Source: Chiloscyllium plagiosum
Taxonomy: Eukaryota
NCBI RefSeq assembly: GCF_004010195.1
Contig: NC_057732.1
Span: 12,759,958 to 12,823,957, forward strand
Direction: 5' to 3'
DNA length: 64,000 nt
Part shown: piece by piece, positions 13,801 to 28,800 of the stretch
Layout: the number at the start of each line of letters is the position of its first letter
How positions within the stretch are numbered: position 1 is the first letter of the stretch
Position numbers and translations under genes: made by a program
Notes under the pieces: model-generated
Databases searched by the model: none
Seen by the model: the letters and a program-made list of their open reading frames with translations, nothing else
Told to the model about the DNA's origin: nothing

Positions 13801-16800
13801 TGAAGCAGAAAATACTTACTCCAAAGACCAGGAAGAAGAGTACCATGCCAGGTTCACACCACATATATGCAGAGTCAGGTATCTGAATGACTGTACTGTT
13901 CATTTCATCAAAAAAGTAAAACTGGGACGGGGAACTTAATTATGGCAAGTCGGCCTTTTATTGAACATTTATGAGATACAAATAAATGCTGCCTTGCCAT
14001 CTGGAACTTGACTCACCTTTAAAGCTCAGGAGCACTAACTTGTGAAATTTCATCCCACCACTGGGTTTCTGAATGTTGGCCTCCCACCCAATTAATGTGC
14101 CCTGACCATCTTTCCTTTCATTCCCAGGAGTGGGACACAATCCCACCTTTGGAGATGGACAGTCTGAATGAGTCAGCCCTCGGTGTGCAGTAGAGAAACC
14201 TTAATTACAAAGTTAACAAGCAGAAATGGAGCCTCTTTGGTCCCTCAAAGACACACACGTTTAGGCAATGCAGATATGTTAAGCAGAAATCTTTCAAATT
14301 GGCAGGAAAACAGCTTTATTGAGAGAGCCAGCCATAACAAAAATGAGATGAGTCACATCCTTCTGTATTAAAACGTTTTACGATTCTAACAAAGAATAAT
14401 GTCAGAACAAACAATGTGAAAATTGTACATACTTCATATTTCTGCCTCTTCAGGTTTTCACATAGATCAAATTTCTCTCCCTCAAGTTGCTGCAGCCAGT
14501 CTGCCAGTTCCTGCGCTTTCTCTCTAAATGGTAACAGATATTATGACACAGTCTGTATCTGATGTATATTCTTCTACGGATATACAGGTGTACATAGATC
14601 AACATCTTCATTCAACACATGCAGAGTTAGAAATGCTTTACACCTTCTCTCACAATATTTTCAAGGAACCCAATTTCGCAAAATGCAGTGTTAGCTTTCA
14701 GTTTGGCGGAAATGGCAATGGGGCTGGAAAACAATGAAAATGTTACTTTGGTTCCTGGCCGACAGAGAGCTGAACAAGGATGCTACATCGTACACAGGTG
14801 GCAGAGGGACCAGGGACACATTAGCAAGAGCTGTTAGCATTTGTTGCAGTTAACAAACTGATAAAAGGTTAGTTAGTTCTGACAGCACTTGTGCTAAGCT
14901 ACAAATTATCACCACAGCAACTTTTTTTTTGCCAGTTCACGTCAATTTCACTGGCAAGCACTTACTTGAGTTTCTGTTCATTAAGGTTCTCTGTATTAAG
15001 AGGTTTGCGTCGATCTGCCAGAATCTTCTTTTTCTTTTCTCTCTCTGTTTGCTTCCTGCCACTTCGACGGATTTCAGTCTATCGAAGCAGTAATATGTAA
15101 TGACTTGCCATCCAAACATATCCATTCTACTGAGCGTATACACAAAATGCTTGTAAAATTGGTAAGCCCTCATCTGGAGGATTGGGTATAGTGCTGGTCA
15201 TCATACTTATGGAAGGACGTTATGCATTGAAAGCAGTTCAGAGAAGGTTTATTGGAATGAACAGATTGCCTTATGAGGAAAGGTCAGACAAGTATAGATG
15301 AGTCAGGGGTGACTTAATTAAAATAGAAGATCCTCTTGTGGGAGAATCAAGAACTAGGTGTCACCATTTTCTTTCCTTCCGCCCCTCTCAATTACTGTCT
15401 CTTTGGAATTCCCTTCCTCAAAAGGCAGTGGATGCAGGATCTTGAAATACCTTAAGGCAGAGGTCGATAGATTTTCAATTACCAAGGGGATTAAAGTTTG
15501 GGATATGCAGGAATCGAGTTAAGGTTAAAATCAGATCAGCTATGATCTTACTGAATGGTGAAGCAGGTTTGAAGCACTACATCTTGTTTTTTGTTTGTAT
15601 GGTAATTATCTCAAATTATAAAAGCAATATAATTTTCTTTAACACAATTAAATTCAAGCATAGGAATTTCTAACAGGAACAACATGAACAACAATTGACC
15701 TTGTTCACACAAATAGATGTTAACGACAGACAGTGTTAAATCACAACATCGCATACCTTCTGTAGGTAGCCTCCATAATGCAGTGCCATATTCGACAAAA
15801 CCTTCTTCTTCTTCATATCCTCTTCTGCTTTTTTCCGAAGTTCCTCCTCTTCTTTTCTTGCCTTTTCTTCCTGGGGAACAATAATTTTCAAAAACCTAAT
15901 AAGTAAACAGTGTTATATTTTGGTTTGTTATTGTTCTTGGTGCACAGCTTTGCAGAATTTGAGAGTACTCGGGCTGGGTGTGCACATTGCACTTCCTGAT
16001 GTGTGCTGTGATTCCCAGTACAGAATAACAGATGGAATACATTAATTTAAAAAAAAAATACACTCATAGGATTTGAACACCACAATTCCCCTTGTTAATT
16101 ACCTGGAAGAGGCTGTGTGGGCTACATTCCTAAACCATTTGGTCTATAGGGACATCACATGATTGTTAGGAAAGGTGTTCCAGGATTTTGCTCTAATGAT
16201 AGTGAAGGAATAGTAATAAAGTTTCAAGTCAAGATGGTATGGGGCTTGGGGGTGCATTTGCAGATGTTCCCATGTATAGGCTCCCCTTGTCCTCCTTGTG
16301 AAAGAGGCACAGGTTTGGAAGGTGGCGTGAAAGGACTTCTGATAATATATTGTAGTGCATCTTGTAGATGCTACCAATAGCTGTCATTGTGTATCAATGG
16401 TGAAGGGAGTGGTTGGATGTCAAGCAAATGGACTGCTTTGTCCTGGATGGTGCTCAGCTTCTTGAGTTACTCAATTGAGATTTCATGGCATCTAAACGGG
16501 TTTTGTAGTCAGTGTTTAAGGCTGGTCCACTTCAGTTTCTGGTCAATGGTAACCACTGGGAGAATAATAGTGGGGGTTCAGCAATGGCAATGCCATTGAA
16601 AGTCAAGGAGTAATGGGTAATTGCTCTCTTTTTGCAAATGGAAATTGCATGGCACTGTCTGGCCCAAATGTCACTTGCTGCTTGTCAGCTCAAACCTGGA
16701 TTTTGTCCATTTCCTGCGTTAAACGGACACAAACTGCTTCAGTATCACAGTTGTAAATGGTGCTAAACATTGAGCAATCATTGTGGCATCCCCAATTCTA

Positions 16801-19800
16801 ACCTTAAGATGGAGGAAAGGTCTTTGCAGCAGCTGAAGACATTTGGGCCTAGAACATTACCTTGTGAAACTCCAATTGGTGATGTCCTGGAGCAGAATTA
16901 ATGGACCTCTAACACCCATAACCATCTTTCTTTGCACTAAATACAAAGCCAAACACCAAAGATTAAAATTCCAACCCACACCTCAACAATTTCCCAGTGA
17001 CCCAATTTTGCTAGGACTTCTCAATACCATACTTAAAATGAGACCTTGATGTCAAGTTCAGTCACTCTCACCTCTGGAGGTCAGCTCTTTTGTCCATGTT
17101 TGGACTAAGGCTGTAATGAGATCAGGAGCTCAGAAGCCCTGACAGAATCCAAACAGCGCCTCAATAGGCAGGGCAATTCTGAGCAAGTACTGTTTGATAC
17201 CACTGTTAATTACCCCTTTCTATCATTTTGCTGATGATCAGCAATAAGATGATATTGAATTTATCTTGTACTGAAAAATGTGTTTTTTAAAAAATAATGT
17301 TCATCTGTGCCATTAGAATCTGGATGCTTCGATGTAATTCATGGAAATTATTAGGGTTCCAATTTACTCTTTGTATTGTTGGTTGCAAAATGCATTTTGC
17401 ATAGATGCTACTTTGATTAAGAAAATAGCTGAAATTGAAAGCGAATAAAATAAAAAAAAACTGTTCAGAGATACCATTATACATATTTGGAGAAGGCCCG
17501 ACTTGAATATGGGCCTCCTGGCTCACAGGCAGGGGCACTATCATTGTAACTCTCTTAGTAGCTATTTAATTAAACTCAGGAAATATTCAGCACCTCAGTT
17601 ATGTACAATTCCAGTGAAGTTTATGTTCACATCACAATTTTTTCCAAACTTCAGGAAGGAATTTGCCTCCCAATGTGTACCATATGTATAAGGTCAACAT
17701 TCCAAAACAAAGATGAATACAGAAAAGGAACTATGTATTGCAGAAAGTTTAATAAAAAAAAGGTGTTTTTCAGTCTCTATATAGCGGTCTTAAAATCATT
17801 AAAATATAACTCTAACCATAAACATAATAAATGCCAGTGATTTATTCCACAAAAACCTGAAGCCTTGGAGACCAAAGGTAGAACATGTTCAGAAATCCAA
17901 TAAAATTTGATGTTATTGTGAGCTTAACATAAAACTAAACTTTCAACCAATTGCTCGCTAGCTCCAAATATCTAAATGTCAATTAGTGTTAGCTCAGGGC
18001 ATAATATGACAACTTAATTGATCGTGATTGATGTTAGTCTGCTTTTTTATCTATTTTTGTTATGCTTGATCGATTAAAAATATGCAAAATGTGATTTTGA
18101 ATAGCTGCTACTTTGCTTTGTTTTATTCTTTTGCAATTTCAGTTATTTTCTAAATTAAATCGGTTTAGAAATGCTATTACATATAACTGGAGAAGGCAGG
18201 ACTAGAATCTGGGTCACCTGGCTCAGAGACAGGGACATTACCATTGTGCCACAAGATTTTTCATTGATTGATTAAATATTGGTATAACCAATTAGAGCCA
18301 ATAGAAACTTCCAAGAACCTGAGAAGCCAGTGTTATGAGCATACACCATCTACCAGTTTGCTGAGGACACCGTGGTAGGATGGATACCGAACAATGAGGA
18401 GTCAGAATACAGAAAGGAGTTAGAGGGCTTGGTGACCTGGTGCAATGAGAACAAACGCTCTCTCAATGTCATCAAAACTAAAACATCTGATCATTGACCT
18501 CAGAAAGAAAATAAAAGAGGCGAACACACCCCCATCTACATCAGAGCAGAGATGGAGAGGGTTGTGATGAAAGGAGTGACAATAACGGACAACCTGCCCT
18601 GGACATCTCATGTAGGTGCAACAATCAAGAAGGCACAACGATGCCCCTTTCCTCAGTTGGAGCAGGAAATTCGTCCTGTCCATAAAGACCCTCACCAACC
18701 TTTACAGTCTTACCACAGAAAGCACACTGTCCAGGTGCATAACAGCCTGGTAGGGCAACTACTCTGCCCAGGACCATAAGAAACTACAGAAGATTGTGTG
18801 CACAGCCCAGACCATCATGGAAGCTAGCCTCCCATCCAAGGAGATAAAGTGAGGACTGCAGATGCTGGAGATCAGAGGTGAAAAATGTGTTGCTGGAAAA
18901 GCGCAGCAGGTGAGGCAGCATCCAAGGAACAGGAGAATCGATGTTTCGGGCATAAGCTCCCATCCATGGACTCCACTCACACGTCATGTTGCTGTAGAAA
19001 AGCTGCCAACATCACAGACCCCTCCCACCCCGGTAATGATCTCTTACAACCTCTTCCATCAAGCAGAAAGTATAGAATCTTGAACAAATGCACCAGCAAG
19101 TTCAGGAACAGCTTTGTTCTTGTTATTAGACTGATGAATAGACTTTCCAACTTCAAATAATGTTATCTTGCCTCACATACATCCTATGCAACATAACCTG
19201 TATGCCTCACTCTATCCAAGTTTTTTTTTCTCACCCTATGATTTGTATGTCCTTGCTTACAATGATCTGCTTGTACTGCTCACAAAAGCTTTTCACTGTA
19301 CTTAGGTACACGTGACAATAAGTCAAATCAAACACACAAGGGAATCCTATGTTTGCTGAGTGATTGCTAATGGAAATCAAATATATAAAACACAGAGCAG
19401 ACACAGTGCACATGAGAATCGAGGAGAGGATGTGGGGTATTGAACACGCTAGTGATATCCGAGGAACCTGAGCATTTATTGCTTGTGAGACCAGAAGAGT
19501 GACCCACTTGGTGTGAGGACAACAGTCAGAACCCCAAAGTGCTCTGGACATTTTTAAACTTTTGATTTCAAAATGTGTCATACATAAGAAAAGGAGACGG
19601 TTACAGCCAAAAATGGTACAGCAGCTCGGTCAACTGCTCCTTCTCCTTTTCAGCTCAGATTCTTTGCTGCCCAGATCCTTCTGCCCTGGTAGATGTAAAT
19701 TAACTGCTTGCCTAGGGAGTGGCCAATAGAATTAAACACCTAAATTTTCAAAGATACTTCAAACAGACTATACTGTGGTCTCTTGCAATTACCAAAGTAA

Positions 19801-22800
19801 AGAGAGGCGATTGACCTCCTGCTTAACAGCAAGCCACCCCATCCCCTCCAGATTATATCTTAATCTGCAAACATACCTTGTGTATTCTTCAAATGGAGAA
19901 ACAGAAGAACAGGTGCTTAAAGAGCATATCTATTGGAGTGAACTAGTGGAACTGAATCTTCCCGGTACAGCTGCCTGTATGCAAGTGTTAGTGTGCTGTG
20001 AAGGTCATGGCTCAAAAACTATCCCCTAGTTACCCCTGCACTGCAGGTGATGAACTTTCCTGAAGAAGATTATCACAAAGGAAGCAGGATTCTCAGTCAC
20101 CCTGAATCACAGTCAAAAAGCATTAGGACGACAGAATCTCAACCCTCTGCAAAACTATTGTTCATCAATCCAAATATTCACCTTCCAATATTAATGAAAC
20201 TAATAACCTCCACTGCAACATGAAAGATACGAGACACTGTCCATATATTTTTGGAAAACTTTTATCCTTTTGGATGCCATTCTTATTTCCAATCTGTGTA
20301 TACATGTGCTGCATTAATATTTCTTCTTACAGTTAGTAATTAATAAAAACTCACTTTTTCTTAATTCACAACACGTTGATTAAATTATCCCTCTTTAAAT
20401 ACAATTTCCACTTGTGACTGGGAGAAGAGAATCCTAAACTGGGCCTTGTTATGACCAACTAACAAGGCGGATAAATAAAGAAGGAAAGCCAGTTGATCGC
20501 TATCACCATAGGTTAACATTGAGTTCTCCTGTCTGGAACTGAAATGAATCAAGAAACCCCAGCCAGGGACAGGCTGAAATAGATTAGCAGGAAGAGCTGA
20601 TAAATCCTACTGTTTGGCTGAGTTTTTTGCCTCTTGCTAGGCTCTGCAGGTGTATGATATCATGTCTCATGTCGCCAAGCCAGAAGGTGACCAGCAACTC
20701 ATCCTAGGCCTCCAACAAAACTAGATTTAAAGCTGATCTTTCCCAATATTCACTGATTGTGTATTATTCCTACTTTTTTTTAATACTTTCCTTGCCATTG
20801 GATGGGGAGGGAATACATAACAATTCAATGCAAGGCCTTCATGATGTCTGCACAAAAAACTTACAGCAGCTCGGTTCAACCGCTCCTTGTCCTTTTCAGC
20901 TCGGATTCTTTGCTGCTCAGATCTTTCTGCCCTGCGCTTCTCCTGTGAATATTTCATTTGGAAGTAGTTATAAAATGATTTTTAAAAATTGGGTACAAGA
21001 ATGCTTCATATAAACTGTAATGTAGCAGAGATATATACTGGTCCACGATCACTACATACGACAGACAGCTATAATTCATTAAAATGGACATGAACAGCTA
21101 TTTCTGAAAAATGAAAAATAGCCAAATGCTACATTAATGCGAGACATACCTTCATAAGCTGCCAGGTAGTTTGGTGTCAACCTCATGAAAGAATTACCAT
21201 TTCAGACAGTTGACATGTCATCACATGACTTTCCAACACAGCCTGAACCTTGACTAACTGCAAGTGAACCCCAGGCTCTTCTGGGATTTTGCAATCTTAG
21301 GAATGGGTGCCTGCTGTTTTGAATAGCCACATGCAGCAGAAGCTGGTGTCCTCCCTGTAGCAGGTTCAATGGAGCTGGGCTTTGAAATTAGGTGCAAGGG
21401 TGGCAGACGGCTTTCTAACTATTTTTCCACCTTCAAGTGAGCAGTTAGTGCTCATCTGACTGTCACTGGTATTAACGCAGTAGCAATCAGGGAGACTCTT
21501 TATACAGAAAGCAATATGGAGGTGACATGGGACTCCTGCTGACCCTCCAACAGGCATACACTACCTCCCGGAATTTGCATATGAAGTGAAACTACAGACA
21601 TGATACAGACTCTGAACTAGGGCTTCAAATTTTGAGCATAAAATTCATGAACTCCACCATACTGACGGTAATTGCTATTCTAACAAAGAAACAGTCTCTG
21701 CTTGTGCATATGCTCATCCTCTGCACAGCAGCTGCTGGAACAAAGCACACACAGAATTATTGATTAAATTACATAAAGCGTACTCAGATTTTTAAGCACC
21801 ATAAGTGTCAGGGAACTATGATTTGATCAGCAAGAATTGAAATAAAGCGTACATTTTTGTGGGGTTAGTTGGCAAATTGTGCGTGCGCTATGTTTTTACA
21901 TCTGGCACCGGCATTAGTTCATAATTGAAATTTGCTTGATAAAACATTTGTTATACTTGGCTCCAACATCCTGTGGATATACAGATACAGTCTCCAGTCA
22001 ACTCTTGGGCCATTAGAACCAAACTGTTTGATCTAGGTTTGGGTCTTCAGATAATACTGGATTCTCTGAATTGAGGCAGACAAGACGTTGGTGGTATTTA
22101 CCAAAACCCCAACACTTCTGGCTGACTGCCTTAGATTTGGATACAACCAAATGTTAAATATAAATGTAAACTTTGCAACACAAAACTGTTGATATATGGG
22201 TGTACCAATGGGAGGATTGGGCATGGAATCCAGCACTGGGTACTCTATGCAATTCTGTAGTCTGTTTCTTCCACTTCGTGACACAAAGCTAACACAGAAG
22301 ACTCTGAAAATTAAACATTTCATTTTTCCACACAAAATGAGGGCTTAATAACGGTACCCATTTAAGTGACAATCATTTGAAATGGCACTTTGCAAATTAA
22401 TATTAAATTTGGTTTTCTCCCACAGTCCAAAGATGTGCAGGTTAGGTGGACTAGCCAGGCTAAAATTGTCCATAGTGTCCAGGGCTGTGCAGGCTAGGTG
22501 GCTTAGCCATAGGAAATGTGGGGTTAGTGGCATTGGGGGAGTGGGATGCTCTTTGGAGAGCTGATGTGGACTTGATGGGCCAAATGGCCTTGCTTCCACA
22601 CTGTTGGGATTATTTGATTACTATATGATTCTAACTCTTCTTTAAGGAAAGAGAGCAAATCACAACTTCAAGATTTTACCGTATAGCTGCTCTGAAATTT
22701 CTAGGAAACTGGTAGCATCAAGCAAGTTCAACACTTGGCAATGATAGACACTTACTGTGCAACAATCAGCATTCTTAAACAATAGCATTATAGATAAAGC

Positions 22801-25800
22801 CTTTAAACCAAACCGTACAATTCTCTCTTTTAAAGCAACAAGATCTTCTTCCTCCTTTTTCCTCCTCTCGAAATGGGCTTCGATGAGAGTTTGCAGTTCC
22901 AACAGATCCTTTTCCATACGTTTTCGTTGAATGTCCTGTGGGCAAGAACATAACACTGATAGTGAAGGCCTTTGAATAACTATCATCTATGTAAGGGAAC
23001 TGTTCCTTTAGAAAGTGACCTAGCTGTACAATACAGGGCTTACTCTACAAAAGTATATGCTCAGCATGAAGTCTTGTCCAGCAGTAAAAAAGTGCTAGTT
23101 ACTGGGGCACAGTCATAACAGATGCACATTGCTCACAGCAAACGCACATGTCCAGAGGAGTGTAATTTTGCAATAATGATAAAAGTCATAGGAGAATCTT
23201 AAGTAAGGAAAGAGATGCTATATCATGGCTTATTTAAAAATATCTTTGACTTTATACCTGAATTAATCACCATGAAGAATTTATTTATGACCTATTATTT
23301 GAGTAAAGAAACAGTACAATCAGCTACCAGAATGCTTTATTGTTGATACCAATGTCCCTGTTTCAAGAAAAAAAGTAAATCTTTTAGTCCACTTTAAATT
23401 TCATTATATTGTTATAAACGAAAGGGAGAACATACGCTTTGACAGGAAATGAAAGATTTAACGGGAGAAAGTGAGGACTGCAGATGCTGGAGATCAGAGC
23501 TGAAAAATGTGTTGCTGGAAAAGCGCAGCAGGTCAGGCAGCTTATGCCCGAAACATTGATCCTCCAGCTCCTTGGATGCTGCCTGACCTGCTGCGCTTTT
23601 CCAGCAACACTTTTTTCAGCAATGAAAGATTTAATCCCAGGCTTGGTTAGTATATTTACAATGAACAAAGTATCAATTCCTAATTGTGTTTTGTTTTCTT
23701 TTATGCTTGGGGAAGTGAACAGTGTTAATGATAAAGCAAAATACTGCAGATGCTGGAAATTTGAAATAGAAATGGAAAGTACTGGAAATACTCAGCTGGC
23801 CTGGCAGCATCTGTGGAGAGAAAACCACACTTAATGGGCAGGATCTTACCACCTTAGGCTTTCTGTCAGTGTTTGCTAACTGACTCAGGAAAAGGGGAGG
23901 AAGAGAGTGGGTAAGGGAATACTACTGTATTTTTATTGCCCAGAAAGTAAGTCAGCCAACGATCTACAAGTTTGTGCTTAACTGTAGTTTTAAAAAGTTG
24001 AATATTGCATTATAGAGTTTAAATGTGGAAATAAATAAATAAATCAGTTTAATAACTAAGTAAGGCAAAAGGATAAAATTTGTTTAAATTTCAAATAAGG
24101 ACTGGAAGATAAAAAACCTCAGTGGAATTGTCCCAGTCCATGAATGATGTTGCAATGGTGAGGAAGTGGAGAATATCCAGTGAGGAGCTTCTAGACGTCA
24201 AAAGCACAATGGAAGGAAATAGCACTCGTTCAGGCTATGGAGAGTCTCAGGCTCAACCTCTTAATATTAGTGAACCTCATATGCACAGATTCCCTTCTTG
24301 GTATCCCTCCCTGTCAACACCACAGGCTGTGAAACTGCCCACATTGCCATCCAATGTGTCTTTGTAAAGTTCATTTCAGGTGGAGGAGGAAGTGTCTTGC
24401 AGAGTCAGTGTCTTGGCCTCAGAGCCCATGTAGATACCACTGGCATCTTGGGAGACAAAATAATGTTGCGAACAAGGGGTAGAAGCTCAAGCATGTTGAC
24501 AGTATATTCACAGTGAGAAAGTGAGGGCTGCAGATGCTGGAGATCAGAGCTGAAAATGTGTTGCTGGAAAAACGCAGCAGGTCAGGCAGCATCCAAGGAA
24601 CAGGAGAATCGACGTTCCGAGCATAAGACCTTCTTCTCCTGAAGAAGGGCTTATGCCCAAAACGTCGATTCTTCTGTTCCTTGGATGCTGCCTGACCTGC
24701 TGCGTTTTTCCAGCAACACATTTTCAGTATATTCACAGTGGTGATAATGGAACAGCAACACAGCATTAGACAAGAATAGGCAACACAGGGTGCGATGCAT
24801 AGGTAAATCAGGCACAATTTAGAAGATAGTGCAATGAAACTTGCCGGAGCTCACAGAGAGAAGCCCTCCATAAAACATGACAATAGAGAATAGTTGGCCG
24901 ATTTCTAATAAGATTCTACCTTCAGTTTTTGCAATGTTTCAAAAAATATAAAAGACTATTGGAAGAACTTCAGAGTTCCAACCTTACTAAACAGGACAAA
25001 AGAACTGAATACAGGGGGGAGGACGCCTATTTTTCAGGTCATTCAAACTAAAAATCACTAGAAAATCAAGAGCATTATACTTCAACCAGACAAACCTCAC
25101 ATCTAATTTACCTGATTTGTCTTGCTCTTGGTGGGCAAAACCACATAGGCACCACCCTCCACAAAAGTGAACCCAATTGAAGATAAAAATCACTAGAAAA
25201 TCAAGAGCATTATACTTCAACCAGACAAACCTCACATATCTAATTTACCTGATTTGTCTTGCTCTTGGTGGGCAAAACCACATAGGCACCACCCTCCACA
25301 AAAGTGAACCCAATTGAAGAAATATACTCACATCAAAGTCAACTTTTTCACCATCAGGCATTTTGGGAGCATGACTTGGTACAAATAACCTGAGGGAGAA
25401 GGAAAGGGAGAGAATGGGATTAAATATTATTTCTGAATTTCTGCATTACATACAAGGGAGGTACGAAGGATGTAATCAGTTATTCGGTCACTACAATTCA
25501 TACTTAAACTACCATAATGCACAATGACAACAACTTACATTTCTATTATGATTTTTAATGCTGCAAAACATGAAGAAGTAGGTTATAATCCCAGCTGATG
25601 GTAATGTTAGAGAGGTCAGAGCCTGGAATGAAATTTGGCTTGTTGGACCCCAAAATTTCTTTTTTGCAATTTGTTTACAGCAGTGGTCATTCACTGAACA
25701 TATTCATACAGTTGCAAATGCACTTTTAAAAAGATAGACCTTATTACACACAAAAGAAAAAAAAAGCTCTGTTACACTGTAAAAACTGTCAAATTAGAAA

Positions 25801-28800
25801 GAAGAAAAAAAATTAAACACACGTTTACCCTCAACATCGACCTTACACACAACCCTCAGCCTGAACGATCACCCTGTTCCTACATTAAAGGTCGTTGTTC
25901 AGGTGGCATGGTTTACCCGGCTCCATTCCAGCGCATGTCTGCATTCACCAGATGTTATCATCTTTAATTAATACATTTTCATGAGACCCTAAAACCAACA
26001 GCTAATGCGGTTTATTCCTTACCAGGTGTTCCTCAAACCTTGTTGTAAGCTTTCACCTTGGACAACTAAAAATATTTGGAAACTTTTTAAACTTACCTTT
26101 CCTTCTAAAAGTACTCAAAACATTTTCATCCCCTGACTGTTCTGGAGACTGCTAAACTATACTGCTGTACATACAGGGTCTTTTCTCTCTTGCTTCTTGC
26201 TAAAAGAAACCCACACATTCACTAACCTTCAGGATGGCTCTCTGTATTAAAAGAAAACTGGTTTCTGGTCTCATCTCACAGAATCCCTACAGTGTGGAGA
26301 CATGCCATTCAGCCCAATAAGTCCTAACAACCCACTGAAGAACATTCCATCCAGACACATTCTCCTATCTTTTTCCTTATTACCCAACATTTCCCTTGGC
26401 TAAGGCACCTAACCTGCACATCCCTGAACACAATGGGCAATTTAGCATGACTTATCCACCCAACATGCACATCTTTGGACTGTGGGAGGAAACCCACACA
26501 GACATGGGGAGAATGTGCAAACTCCACATAGACATTTGCCTGAGGGCGGAATCAAACCCAGGTCCCATGGTGCTGTGAGTTAGCAGTGTTAACCACAGAG
26601 CCACCATGCTGCCCTTGTATCACAGGACACCACAGCCCAATTAATTTTCCCTTGTTTTCGGAAGCACTAAGTCCCTCTTCCATTTTTTCTTTAAAATGCT
26701 TAATTTAAATGTTTATTGTGGTTAGGGAGCCATCATTCAGGCCACTTTGTTCTGGGTGGTTTTGACTTCCTTGAGTGCTATTGGATTTGCACTTATTCAG
26801 GCAGGACGATTCCATCACACTCTTGCCGTGTGACTTCTAGACCGTGGATAAGCTTTAGGAGGAGAGCTACACATCACAACCATATAAATACTGTGGCTAC
26901 AGAGGCTGCTTCTGTTCAGTTTCTACTCAATAGTGACCTCAGCATGTTGGCAGTGTGAATTCAGTGATGGTAACGTATCGAATATCAAGTAGTCTGGTCA
27001 TTGTTTCTTGACACTGAAGTGCCAAGCATTCACTTCACATACCAGCCCAAGCCTAGATTCTTTCCAGGTTTTGGTGTAGGTGCATATGGAATGCTTCAGG
27101 CTCGGAGGAATCGGGAACAATGCTGAATACTATGCAAATGTTAGGGAACATCCCTACCTACCAGCTTATGAAGGCGTTAAAGATGGTTGGACAAGGGATT
27201 CTGCCCTGAGAAACTCCCTTGGCCATATTCTAGGACTGAGCTGATTGACCTACATCAACCACAGCCATTTGCCTTCGTATGAGACATGACTTCAATCAGA
27301 AGAGGAAGTTTCCAACCCTACATTCCCATTGACTCCTGTTTTTGCTTGGGTTCCTTCACGCCGTATGCAGTCAAATGGTGCTTTGATATCAAGGGCAGTC
27401 ACTCGTATTCTTATCTTTGGAATTAAGCTCTTTCGTCCACATTTGAACAATGAGTTAGTGATATTAGGAATGGAGTGCTCCTAGTAGAATGCAGACTGAG
27501 CATCAGTGGGCATGATACTGGCTTCTCAAATATGCAGTTCAAACACTTGGAGGAGCCCTCCAATATTTGCCTACAGAGGTGCTGGGGATAACACTGCCGT
27601 ATTGCACAGCATGGCACAATGAAGGGACATTCACATCCGGCAATAAGAACGCAGAGCTCTCAGGAGGGCTTGCAGTTCCCTCTCACGTCAGATGGCAATG
27701 CCGATGGAGAGAATGATATTGAGAGAGAGCCTGAGAGATATTCTTGGTCGGATCAGTACATGACCACATTGTCATCAGGATCCACCTAATATGGAGGCAG
27801 TTCTGTTCAGGAACCTGAAGGATCTCACTGTACTTTCAGTACCCATTACCTAGTGAGCTGTTGCTGGATAAGCACCCAGAAACATTAGTGCTGTGTTCTC
27901 CCAGGTGATGACCATCTCCAACAAGAGAAAATGTCAATAAGAACATACATAAGCACTTGGAGCAGGAGTAGGCCATCTGGCCCTTGGAGCCTGCTCTGCC
28001 ATTCAATAAGCTCATAGTTGATCTTTTCTTGGACTCAGATCCACTTACCACCCTCTCACTGTATCCCTTCATTCATTTATTGTTCAAAAATAAAATCTAT
28101 CATAGCTTTAAAAACATTTACTGAAGTAGCGCCAACTACTTCACTGGGCAGAGAATTCCATAGCTTTACAACCCTCTGGGTGAAGAAGTTCCTTCTCAAT
28201 TCAGTCCTAAATCTGCTCCCTCTAATTGTGAGGCTATACCCTCTTGTCCTTGTTTCACCCGTCAGTGGAAACATCTTCTCTACTTCTATCTTATCTATTC
28301 CCTTCATAATTTTATATGTTTCTATAGGATCTCCCCCTCATTCTTCGGAATTCCAATGAATATAATCCCAGTCTGCTCAGCCTCTCCTCTAAGAGGACCC
28401 TCTCAACTCCGGAATCAACTTAGTGAACCTCCTGTGCACCCCCTCCAGTGCCAGGACATCCTTTCTCAAGTAAGGAGACCAAAACTGCACATAGTTCTCC
28501 AGGTGTGGCCTCACCAGCACCCTGTACAGCTGCAACATAACCTCTCTGCTTTTAAACTTAATCTCTTTAGCATGAAGGAGAAAATTACATTTGCCTTCCT
28601 AATTACTTGTTGTACCTGGAGACCAACCTTCTGTGATTCATGCACAAGGACACACCGGTCCCTCTGCATAGCAGCATGCTGCAACTTTTTACCATTCAAG
28701 TAATAATCCTTTTTACAGTTACCCGTACCAAAATGGATGACTTCACATTTATTAACATTGTAGTCCACCTGCCAGACCTTTGCTCACTCACTCGATGTAT

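Noticed and set aside
23462-24724. Fold-back elements as MITEs (DNA transposons)
   Set aside because: Arms are unequal, TSDs are long and variable (10-16 bp), and the sequence matches a Penelope 3' end, indicating retrotransposition.
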